NCBI GenBank assembly: GCA_963837425.1
Contig: CAWINH010000002.1
Location: forward strand, 355,175 to 419,174
Source of the DNA: an uncultured Chloroflexia bacterium
GTDB taxonomy: Bacteria > Chloroflexota > Limnocylindria > QHBO01
Length of the DNA stretch: 64,000 bases
Reading direction: 5' to 3'
Shown here: positions 1 through 8,989 of the stretch, piece by piece
How the letters are laid out: the number at the start of each line of letters is the position of its first letter
Numbering within the stretch: the first letter of the stretch is position 1
Translations under genes and position numbers: made by a program
The notes under the pieces: model-generated
What the model saw: the letters and a program-made list of their open reading frames with translations, nothing else
Database searches by the model: none
Told to the model about the DNA's origin: nothing

Positions 1-239
1 GCATCGCAACCCGTCGTACGACCCTATTGAGAACCCCGACTTCCAGATCCGCACCGGCGAGATCCAGTACATCGTCTGGGACTCCTTCTCGGCGCTCCGT
101 TCAACGTTCTTCTCCGCGAGAATCCAGGACTATGCGAACCGCTACCACGGAAGGGTGGTGCACACCGAGTCGATCGTGGTGAAGACACCGAGCGCGAGCC
201 GGCGAGCATCCCGGTCATCGTCATCTACGAGGTGCGACC

Positions 240-1581
240 ATGAAGCGACTCGTGCTGGCCGCCTGCATCGGCGTCCTCTCGCTCTGGCTTCCGTCCGGGA
301 TCGTGCGGGCCGCCGGGCCGGCAACGCCGCTCGAGCACCTGGTCGTGCTCATGCAGGAGAACCACACGTTCGACAACTATTTCGGCACCTACCCCGGCGC
401 GGATGGGATACCGGCCGGGCGTCTGCATGCCGGTCGATCCGGCGGCCCCTGACGGCGAGTGCATCGCGCCGTTCCATCTCGGCGACCTGAACGTCACTCT
501 CGATGACCCGGACCACTCGAACACGACGAGCGTGCTCCAGTACGACGGGGCAAAGATGGACGGCTTCGTCTACGCCCTCGACCAGAAGAACCAGGACGGG
601 CGCCTGGCGATGATGTACTACGACGGCGGCCAGATGTACCCTACTACTGGAACCTCGCGGACCAGTACGTGCTGTTCGACCGCTGGTTCAGCTCGTTCGC
701 CGGCCCCAGCTTCACGAACCACGTGTACTGGGTGACCGGGTCGCGGACCCGACCCGAATCCCGCCATCCAGAACCTCGACGCCTTTCCCACCATCTTCGA
801 CCGGCTGGAGGCGGCCGGAGTCAGCTGGAAGTTCTACGTCGAGAACTACGAGCCGGGCCACCATCGGCCCCGCTACAGCACCCGGCCGATCGCCGGCCCA
901 GGTCGTCTGGATGCCGTTGCTCAGCTACGACCGTTTCGTCGACGATCCCCAGCTGAACAGCAAGATCGTGGACCTCGAGCAGTACTACACGACCGCCAAG
1001 GGCAGCCTCCCGGCGGTCGCCTACATCGCCCGGCCGGGGCCAGCGAGCATCCGCCGGGAAGCATCCGGTCCGGCCAGCGCCTCGTCCGCCGCTCGTCCAG
1101 GCTGATGCGGATCAGCCCGTGGGACTCCTCGGCGCCTCTGGTCACTACGACGACTGGGGAGGCTGGTACGACCACGTGACGCCCCCGCAGGTCGACGCCT
1201 ACGGGTACGGGTTCCGGGTCCCCGCCTTCCTGGTCGGCCCATACGTCCGGCGTGGGTACATCGACAGCCTCACGCTCGATTACACCTCCGCGCTGAAGTT
1301 CATCGAGGTCAACTGGGGCTCGCGCCGCTCCGGTCGCGAGCCGCAGGGCCGAAGCCTTCCTCGACGCCTTCGACTTCACGAAGCCGCCCCGGACTCCGGT
1401 GATCTTCGGGATGGAGCGGACGACCGTCAGCCTTGGGCAGGGCGCGCACCGAGAGGTGATCTACGTGGCCTATGCGATCGCCGTGCTGCTCGTCATCGGC
1501 GCCATTGCGCTCGCCGCCATGCGCCGTCGCCGGGAGTCCGAGGTCGGATGGGAGGCGTCGCAGCAGGGCCCCGCCCCATGA
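240..1581 (+). pseudogene. Phospholipase C / acid-phosphatase family phosphoesterase (PF04185-like), secreted with C-terminal TM anchor, disrupted by at least 5 frameshifts
   Basis: Consecutive ORF pieces in different frames (240, 403, 669, 911, 1119, 1399) together rebuild a single phosphoesterase. Motifs seen: LVVLMQENHTFDNYFGTYPG, GYGFRVPAFLVGPYVRRGY and the C-terminal AFLDAFDFTKPP followed by a hydrophobic anchor. It ends with an ATGA overlap into the next gene. Confidence 0.6.
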
Positions 1582-3515
1582 GGCGCACGATGCTGGCGCG
1601 CGGCGTCGTGCTCGGTTGCCTGGCGATTGCGCTCTCCGTTGCCCACGCGCGCGGCGCCGGACCGATCCGGACCACGATTGCGATTCGCCCGCCGGCGGCG
1701 GTGGCCCTCGGCGACCATCCGGAGGTGGTCGTCGACGTGCGTGTGACCGGTGGCGGCCCGTTGCGCGGAGCGCCCGTCGAGCTGAGCATCGATGGCGTTC
1801 TGTACCGGCGCCATTCGACCGATGGCTCCGGCGCCCCGCCCTTCACCCTGCCGAACGACCTGGCGGCCGGCGACCATCGGATCAGCGCCTTCTATCCCGG
1901 TCTGTCGACGACCTACCTGGCTACCTCGACGACCGCGACCCTGGTGGTGAATCCGTTCGAGCTGACGATCGAGACCGTCCCGTCGCTGCCCGGCATGCCG
2001 TTCACCCTCGACGGGGAACGCTTCGTGGCGGGCGACGACGGGGTCGCGCGGACGACGGTGAGCGCCGTCGGTGAGCACGTGCTCGTCGCCCTCCCCGAGG
2101 AGTACCAGCCGGGCGCCCTGCGTGCCGAGTTCAGCCGCTGGAGCGCCGGCAACGAGTTCCGGCCCCAGCTGACGATCAGCGTGCCGAACGTCGGCCCGCT
2201 GCAGGCCGGGTTCGACGTCTTCAGGCCCATGTCTCAGAGCTTCATCGACCTGTCGGGAGCTGCGATCGACCCGGGACGCATCACCTCGATCACCCTCCGC
2301 AGCAGCCTCGGCGAGGTGCTGACCTACCCCGACGGGCAGTCGCGCTTCTTCAAGGCCAGCCGCACGGTCCACCGCTCATCGGGGCTCGAGCCCGTCGACG
2401 TGCGGTACAACGTCACCGACGTCGAGGTCGACGGCTCGAACGTCGTGAATGCCGGTCAGCAGCAGCTCTACGTGACGCCCGATGCGGTCTGGCGCATCAC
2501 GCTCCTCCTCTATTCAGCGCGAGTCCAACCCAAGGACGCGTTCTTCGGCTTCACCGCCGGAAGCTCGATCGAGGTGATCTACCCGAGCGGGAAGACGGAG
2601 GTGGTTCCGGCTGGGCCCGATGGCGTGGTGGTGGTCCAGGGCCTGGCTCGAGGCATCTACCGGATGACGGTCGCCGACGCGCCGGGCTGGGCGCCGGCAA
2701 TGCCGGTCGCACTGTCGAGGGATCAGCAGGTCGAGCTGCGGGTCGTGAGCTGGGTCGACATGGCCGCCGCCGCGCTCGTCGGCTTCGTCGTCCTGTTCGG
2801 ACTCCTGATCCGTGGCCGACCGCACCTCATTGGCAGCACGTCGAGGCCTGTCGGCGAGGTCACGGCCGAGCCGGGAATCCCGTGGCCGGCCGGCTCCCCG
2901 CTGGCGCTGGCCCGGGCCGAGATCGAGGTGGCTCCTCCCGAACCCATCGAACCGCAGCTGGCCGAGGCGGAGCCCGTGAGCCTGACGACCGGCCGGATGC
3001 GCCCGCTGCTCGCCAGCCTGCCCGTCGAGTCGACCCTGGAAGGAGCCGCCTCCCGGCGGGTCGGCGTGAGCGAGCGGCGGAGGGGTGAGGATCAGCGCGT
3101 CTTCGGCTCGAGTGCGCTGCTCGCGTCACCGTTGCGCGGGTACGACCTCGGGGCAACCGATCGGGCCACGGCGCCGCGCGCACCGGCCACGCTCCACCGG
3201 CGACTGACATCTGCCCGCAATGGGAGGGTCCTCAAGGTCCTCTCGACGGTGCCGGTGAGGCCGGTGAACGTGGTCGACCCGGCGCTTCGAATACCCACCA
3301 CCAGGGCCGCGATCCGTCACGATCCGGCACCGACCGTGCCGCGGGTCGAATCGGCCCATCCGGCGACCTCCGAGCCAGTCTGCGAGGCGTGCGGATCGCG
3401 CCTGTGGGGCGGGGCGCTGTACTGCGAGGAGTGCGGGCGCCGGGTTCGCGAGCCGCGGCGCGTAAGCATCGGCTCGCCGGCCCGCGAGGCCGGCCCGCGA
3501 GGCTCGCCGGCATGA
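1578..3515 (+). CDS. Membrane protein, paralog 1: signal peptide, Ig-like (Big-type) beta-rich ectodomain, single TM helix, disordered cytoplasmic tail, C-terminal zinc ribbon (CEACGSRLWGGALYCEECG)
   Basis: Intact 645 aa ORF starting at the ATG at 1578. The N-terminus (MRRTMLARGVVLGCLAIALSVAHA) is hydrophobic. The ectodomain has a repeated pattern V.V.V.GGGPL.G.PVELS.DG typical of bacterial Ig-like folds. A TM helix (MAAAALVGFVVLFGLLIRGRPHL) precedes a C-terminal CxxC-(11)-CxxC. It is about 70-75% identical to the next gene across the ectodomain and TM region. Confidence 0.6.
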   Translation: MRRTMLARGVVLGCLAIALSVAHARGAGPIRTTIAIRPPAAVALGDHPEVVVDVRVTGGGPLRGAPVELSIDGVLYRRHSTDGSGAPPFTLPNDLAAGDHRISAFYPGLSTTYLATSTTATLVVNPFELTIETVPSLPGMPFTLDGERFVAGDDGVARTTVSAVGEHVLVALPEEYQPGALRAEFSRWSAGNEFRPQLTISVPNVGPLQAGFDVFRPMSQSFIDLSGAAIDPGRITSITLRSSLGEVLTYPDGQSRFFKASRTVHRSSGLEPVDVRYNVTDVEVDGSNVVNAGQQQLYVTPDAVWRITLLLYSARVQPKDAFFGFTAGSSIEVIYPSGKTEVVPAGPDGVVVVQGLARGIYRMTVADAPGWAPAMPVALSRDQQVELRVVSWVDMAAAALVGFVVLFGLLIRGRPHLIGSTSRPVGEVTAEPGIPWPAGSPLALARAEIEVAPPEPIEPQLAEAEPVSLTTGRMRPLLASLPVESTLEGAASRRVGVSERRRGEDQRVFGSSALLASPLRGYDLGATDRATAPRAPATLHRRLTSARNGRVLKVLSTVPVRPVNVVDPALRIPTTRAAIRHDPAPTVPRVESAHPATSEPVCEACGSRLWGGALYCEECGRRVREPRRVSIGSPAREAGPRGSPA

Positions 3516-6043
3516 GCCGATCGGTCGTCGGATGGGGATTCGGGCTGGCGCTGCTGGTGGCGATCCTCTCGATCGGGCAGGCCCAGGCGGCGGGTCCCCT
3601 GGCCGTGGGGGTCAGCTTCCGGCCGGTCGACCCCGTCGTCATCGGCAACGGCGCGACCGTCGTCGTTGAGCTGCGCGTGGTGGGTGGCGGGCCGCTGTCG
3701 GGGGAGCCGGTGGAGCTCAGCCTCGACGGGACGTACTACCGTCGCTCACGCACCGATGCCTCGGGCGCCGTGGCGTTCCCCCTTCCCAAGGACCTTGTGG
3801 CCGGTACTCACCCGCTGACCGCGGTCTATCCGGGACGTTCGAACACCTACCTGCCCGCGAGCGCGAAAGCGTCGCTCGAGGTTACCCCGTACCAGCTCCA
3901 GGTCCAGACCGTGCCGTCGCTTCCCGGGATGGGGTTCACCCTGGATGGGACCCGCTTCGTGGCGGGTGCCGATGGGTACGCTCGCATCCCGGTGTCGACC
4001 CCCGGCGATCATGTGCTCATCGCGCTCGACACGGAGTATGCGGCCGCCGGCACCACGGCGCAGTTCTCGCGGTGGACAGTCAACAACGAATACAGCCGCC
4101 AGGTGACGGTGAGCGTCCCGAAGGTCGGCCCGGTGCAGGCCGGATTCGACGTCTCCCGACCGGCCAGCCAGGTGTTCGTGGATCCGAGCGGGGGGCTCGT
4201 CAAAGCCGATCGCATCACGTCGTTCACCCTGCGGAGCAGCCTTGGGCAGGTGCTGACCTATCCCGACGGCCGGGAACGCGTCTACAAGGCCAGCCGCGTC
4301 GTGCGCCGCTCATCGGGCCTCGAATCGGTTGACGTCCGCTACAACGTCACCGATGTCGAGGTCGACGGTTCGAACGTTGTGAACGCCGGCCAGCAGCACT
4401 TCTACACCGCCCCCGACGCGGTCTGGCGGATCTCCCTGCTTCTCTACTCCGCGCGCATCCAGGCCAAGGATGCCCTGTTCGGTTTCACCGCCGGCAAGGC
4501 GGTGGAGATGATCTACCCGAGCGGGAAGTCGCAGATCGTCGACGTCGGGTCCAACGGCGAGGTCTACATTCCCTGGCTCGCGCGCGGGATCTACCGCGTG
4601 GCCGTGGCGGATGCCCCCGGCTGGGCCCCGTCCATGCCGGTCGCCCTCTCCCGCGACCAGGAGGTGGAACTTCGTGTCATCAGCTACCTCGACATGGGCG
4701 TCGCGGGGGCCGTGGCCCTGATCGTCATCTTCGGGCTCCTGCATCGCGGACGGCCGCACCTCATCCGCGACGCGGCGCGGGCGGTAGGTGCGGGTGTGTC
4801 CGGGCTGCGGCTGCCGCTCCCGGGAGCGGCTCACGCGCCCGCAGCCATGCGGCGGCCCGCGGAAGGGGAGCCGACGGCGAATGCCAGCCCACCACCCGTC
4901 GTCGCCAGCCCCCCACCCGTCTTGGCCAGCGCACCGAGCACTGCCACCCAGCAGCCGCAGCTCGCCCAGCAGGCAACCGAGGGCAGCGCGAAGGTCGCGC
5001 CGATCCTGGCAACGATTGCCAGGCGGTCGGACATCGACGCACTCGACCGCGTGGCTCTCGCCCACCATCGGACGATGGGCGTCAACGTTCCGGTGAGCCC
5101 CGACCTGATCGAGCTGGCGCCCTCGCTCTTCGGTCCGCAGGTCGACGAGCCCCCGCCCCCGACGAAGCCGAGGCCGACACCTCTTCCTCCGTTGCGGGCA
5201 CCCGAGAGCGCGGTCGGGGACGCAGCGCCGGCTCCGACCCCCGCAGCGCCGGCTCCGACCCCCGCAACGCCGGCTCCGGCCGAGCTCGCCGCGGAAGCGG
5301 CACCAGGCGTTGCCGATGAGTCGCTGCCATCGAAGCCCGCCCGGACCAGGCGGGCTGCAAAGCGTCCCACCACGAAGAAGGTGACGGAACCGTCGAAGGC
5401 CGTCAGGGCGAAGCGATCAACGGCCAACGCGGCACCCGCGGACGCCACGAGCGCCCCGAAGCGCGCGGCTGCGCCGAAGGCTGCCAAGACGAAGGTTCCC
5501 CGAAAGAAGGCAACCGCCACGACACCGGCGCGACGAGCGCCGGCGAAGGCCGCGAGTCGGCAGACGTCCGCATCGGCGAAGCGGACGGTCCGGAAGAAGG
5601 CGGCTCCAAGCGCTCCGCGCCGCGATTCGAGCCGGACGGTATCGGCGACTCGTGCGAGCTCGACCACGCCGGCATCCGGCACCCGGGAGACTGGCGGGAC
5701 CCGGCCGTCACGCACCCCCCGCAAGCCAGCGGCGGGGCGCTCGAGCCAGGCGGCGGTGTCGGGGGCCGCCGGGCAGCCGGTGGATGAACCGACCGAGACC
5801 CCGCCCAAGGGCGCGGAGATGCAGGCATGCCGCAACTGCGGGCTCGAGCTGTGGGCGGGCGCATCGTATTGCCGCCGCTGCGGCGAGCCGACGATTGGCG
5901 CCGGCGCCACGGACGATGCGCCGAGCGCTGGCCCACGCAGTCCGAAGCGGACGGCGACGCCTCGCGGTCGCAGTCGCCGCCGGCCGGCCACCCCCTCGGC
6001 GGGTTCCACTCGGGCCCGCGGCTCACGGCGAGGCAAGGGATGA
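3512..6043 (+). CDS. Membrane protein, paralog 2: same architecture as 1578-3515 but with a ~360 aa Lys/Ala/Pro-rich histone-H1/HU-tail-like cytoplasmic region before the C-terminal zinc ribbon (CRNCGLELWAGASYCRRCG)
   Basis: Intact 843 aa ORF whose ATG at 3512 overlaps the upstream stop (ATGA). It shows high identity to paralog 1, for example ITSFTLRSSLGQVLTYPDG and VDVRYNVTDVEVDGSNVVNAGQQ. The tail contains KRAAAPKAAKTKVPRKKATATTPARRAPAKAA-type repeats and an APAPTP tandem repeat at the DNA level (5215-5285). Confidence 0.6.
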   Translation: MSRSVVGWGFGLALLVAILSIGQAQAAGPLAVGVSFRPVDPVVIGNGATVVVELRVVGGGPLSGEPVELSLDGTYYRRSRTDASGAVAFPLPKDLVAGTHPLTAVYPGRSNTYLPASAKASLEVTPYQLQVQTVPSLPGMGFTLDGTRFVAGADGYARIPVSTPGDHVLIALDTEYAAAGTTAQFSRWTVNNEYSRQVTVSVPKVGPVQAGFDVSRPASQVFVDPSGGLVKADRITSFTLRSSLGQVLTYPDGRERVYKASRVVRRSSGLESVDVRYNVTDVEVDGSNVVNAGQQHFYTAPDAVWRISLLLYSARIQAKDALFGFTAGKAVEMIYPSGKSQIVDVGSNGEVYIPWLARGIYRVAVADAPGWAPSMPVALSRDQEVELRVISYLDMGVAGAVALIVIFGLLHRGRPHLIRDAARAVGAGVSGLRLPLPGAAHAPAAMRRPAEGEPTANASPPPVVASPPPVLASAPSTATQQPQLAQQATEGSAKVAPILATIARRSDIDALDRVALAHHRTMGVNVPVSPDLIELAPSLFGPQVDEPPPPTKPRPTPLPPLRAPESAVGDAAPAPTPAAPAPTPATPAPAELAAEAAPGVADESLPSKPARTRRAAKRPTTKKVTEPSKAVRAKRSTANAAPADATSAPKRAAAPKAAKTKVPRKKATATTPARRAPAKAASRQTSASAKRTVRKKAAPSAPRRDSSRTVSATRASSTTPASGTRETGGTRPSRTPRKPAAGRSSQAAVSGAAGQPVDEPTETPPKGAEMQACRNCGLELWAGASYCRRCGEPTIGAGATDDAPSAGPRSPKRTATPRGRSRRRPATPSAGSTRARGSRRGKG

Positions 6044-6387
6044 GGGCCGTGAAGCGTCTGACGCTGATCTGGTGCGCGGCCATTCTTGTGACGGCCGGCC
6101 TGGCGGGACCACCCCCGGCGGCTGCGGCAAGCCCCGGAGCCTCGCCGATCCCGGTCCTCGCCTATTACTACATCTGGTATGACCCATCGTCGTGGGATCG
6201 GGCCAAGTCCGACTATCCGATGCTCGGCCGCTACTCGAGCGACGATATCGAGGTCATGCGCCAGCACATTCGCTGGGCCAAGGATGCGGGGATCTCCGGA
6301 TTCATCGTCAGCTGGAAGAGCACCACGACCCTGAACCGCCGCTTGGAACAGCTGATCCAGGTCGCGGATCCGAATCGTTCGAGCTAG
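6040..6387 (+). pseudogene. Truncated secreted glycoside-hydrolase-like protein: signal peptide plus the first ~90 aa of a TIM-barrel-type domain
   Basis: ATGA overlap with the upstream gene. The sequence MRAVKRLTLIWCAAILVTAGLAG looks like a signal peptide. It is followed by YYYIWYDPSSWDRAKSDYPMLGRYSSDDIEVMRQHIRWAKDAGISGFIVSW, which resembles the N-terminus of GH99-like / GHL-type hydrolases; the family assignment is uncertain. The ORF stops after 115 aa exactly where the GC content drops. Confidence 0.35.
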
Positions 6388-8989
6388 CAATCAGTTATCC
6401 AGGGGCTGCAAAACCAACAACGGCTCCGCTCGACGCGACGCACATCGCCACAACCTCGACCAGTTCATCGGGGATTACGCCACCGATGCAGCATTCAACA
6501 TATCAGCAGGCCACTCGTCCTCTCATCAAGGACCTCGGGAGTACAGCGTCGCCGAACATGAGGAGCATCATCAATTCGACGAAGCACGACGCCTGCGGCT
6601 CCGAGCAGCGAATTCGCCCCGGCATCGTGACACTGCTTTGCAGCGACTGAAGTAACGAAGGATCACCGTTTGGCGGGCATCGTCGACGGCGATGCGTACT
6701 ACGTATTCGGTGGAACCCGACCGCGTAGCCCGAATACCCCGCCCAAGCTCGCCCGGAGTGCGAGATACAATGAAGGAACCAGCGGATCTCGATCGCCCCG
6801 GCGGGGCCGGGCTTCGATGCCGTCTGATCGGGGCACAACGGTCGTTGAATCGGAAGGACAGCGACACCCTGCGACGGGAGCTCGATGCGGCCTACGGTTC
6901 CTGGCCGGACACGGTGGGGGTCATCGAGCTCAACGGGTTCAGAAGGAACGGCGAGGTCGAGCCGAGCCTGAACTACAGCAACAACTAGCTCTGGGTCCCT
7001 CGCTGACATGATGGACAACGGGCACCAGAGGATACCCGATCTCGACTCGCCGCAGCCGACCTGGGTACCGTCTCGACGCCCGGGAACGACATGGTCGAGC
7101 CGGATCCTCACGCTCTGCCTCATCGTCGGGCTCCCCTCATCAGGAAGTAAGCATTCATCATTCACAGCAGACAAAGTAAGGCCGATTTCGGCTCGGCGTA
7201 CAGCGGCTGATCCCCGCCGAACGCGAGACAGACCGTCAAGAACAAGATAAAGAGGTGAAGGATGACGACCGCGCTGGAGGAGTCGGACTCATCCAGATTT
7301 CTTCACTAGGCGGCGGCTCCGCGCCTGCCGCTCTGCGTGAAGACGAAGCCGCGTGTTCGGCTTCACTCGCCCTCGACAGATCAGCGATAGTATCCCGACG
7401 TCGCGCTCGAGAAGATCAGCTCCTCGGCCGATGGAACAAGCTGAAACCAACCGCCCCAACGGCATCGACGATGGGGACTCAAGGTCCTGATGCACGTCGC
7501 ACATCGAACACACGAACCGCCGGATCGGGTCAAGAAGCTCGGGGGGAGTTCCGCTGGACGGATCAGGAACCAGCATCGCGCGCCGTCCAGCGCGAGCTGG
7601 CGACGACCCGACCCAGCACCCAGGCGGTGGTGATGGCGATTCGGAATGCGCACGAATACCGATCCAGATCGTGCTGCCCGGTGGCGAGGATGCGCCTCGG
7701 TGCCGCTGACCGTCGAGAGCGGGGCCGAGGCACGATGAGGGACCGTCGCGTGGCCGGGGGGTCCGGCCGGCCGGCCGTGCCGTGATCGAACAGTCGTTGC
7801 TGACCGGGGGCCTGGTCGCCGCCGGCCCCTTGCCGTCGCATTGCTCCTCGCCACCCTGCATGCCGATGACCCGGCGGACGGGCGTCGAGACCCGGGCTCC
7901 GGAGCCGGGGGAGCGGCATCATCTCGGGCCCCGCGTCGCCGAGCGCATCGCCGGTAGACCGCCGCCCGCCTCAGCGAGCCCAACCGCCTCGAGCACCGTC
8001 TCGGCTCTGCCCTCCCCACGGCACGACGCCTCCCGCCCGCCCGTCCCCAGTTAGGCACGCCCACCCGGCACAGCCCAGCCCGCCGGCCGAAGCCACAGGC
8101 CGACCACAGGCCGACGGCCGCGCTGCCGAGGCCGATCACAGCGACGTCCCGGCGCATTTTGCAATTCCGCGCCGCGTTTCTACTAGCATGGTTTCCCGAG
8201 GCATGGAAGCAGCAGGAAATGATTCCTTCCGCTCACTATCGACCATCGATCAGTTTCTGCGATCGAGAATCGAGCCGCGTGGTGAGAGAAACCCAGAGTC
8301 GCCGCGATCCGGTACCGGAAGGATCAGGTCGGATGCTCGCGTCGTCGTAGGAACACGGCAACCAGTTCAACGACGGGATGACCGAGCTCCTCAGCGCCAC
8401 GGCGCCGGACGACGTTCCGGTGGACGGTCTGCTGCGGGGGCAAGAGCCCGGGCGACCATCGGCCTCCCGGTCCACGAGCGAAGCCTGCGCGTACCTGCGC
8501 CCGATACAGCTGCGGATCAGCGCCGGGCTTCTTCCGAGTCGACGTCGGGTGGTGGACTTCATCTACGCCGACGGCGCGGACCGCTGCGGCATCCATGGAG
8601 AATCGCTCGTCAGCGGCCGACGTTGGCATCGGGGCCTACATCGTCCTCAGGTCTTTAGCGGCTTTCGCTCCTGCGGCAACCGAGCCCGCTGGCTCGCACC
8701 AGTGCAGCCCCTGCGGTCTAAATCGTTGAGCGCAGGCCAGCTCAGCTACGTCATGGCTTCCCAGGCTTTCTGGAAGGCGGACAGAGGCCACCGCGCGGCT
8801 CCCGGCGCGACGTCGCGCGATCGTCGCCGGAGCGGGCGTCGGCATGGTCGGCAGCGGACCCCGTTCCAGCTCGTCACGACGTTCAACGATGGGCGAAGGG
8901 ACGGGCGTCGAGAGCGCGACCGACTCGGCGTCGTCGTCGGGATTTCCGACAGTACCTCGACATCCTCCACCGACGCGAGTGCAGATACG

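Noticed and set aside
1470-2372. 300 aa minus-strand ORF, and similar long antisense ORFs (4831-6390 -, 13918-15513 +, 38531-40018 -, 53077-55719 +, 61318-63423 -, 34939-36834 N-terminal part).
   Set aside because: They are Arg/Gly/Pro-rich shadow ORFs typical of 70% GC DNA. Each lies antisense to a gene with clear homology and has no domain signature of its own.
6767-6988. 74 aa ORF (…SWPDTVGVIELNGFRRNGEVEPSLNYSNN) that superficially resembles a lasso-peptide or RiPP precursor: Thr at -2 before a Gly, and Glu at core positions 7 and 9.
   Set aside because: The leader would be unusually long, and no lasso cyclase, leader peptidase, RRE or transporter genes are nearby. It lies in a low-quality, gene-poor region, so it is most likely fortuitous.
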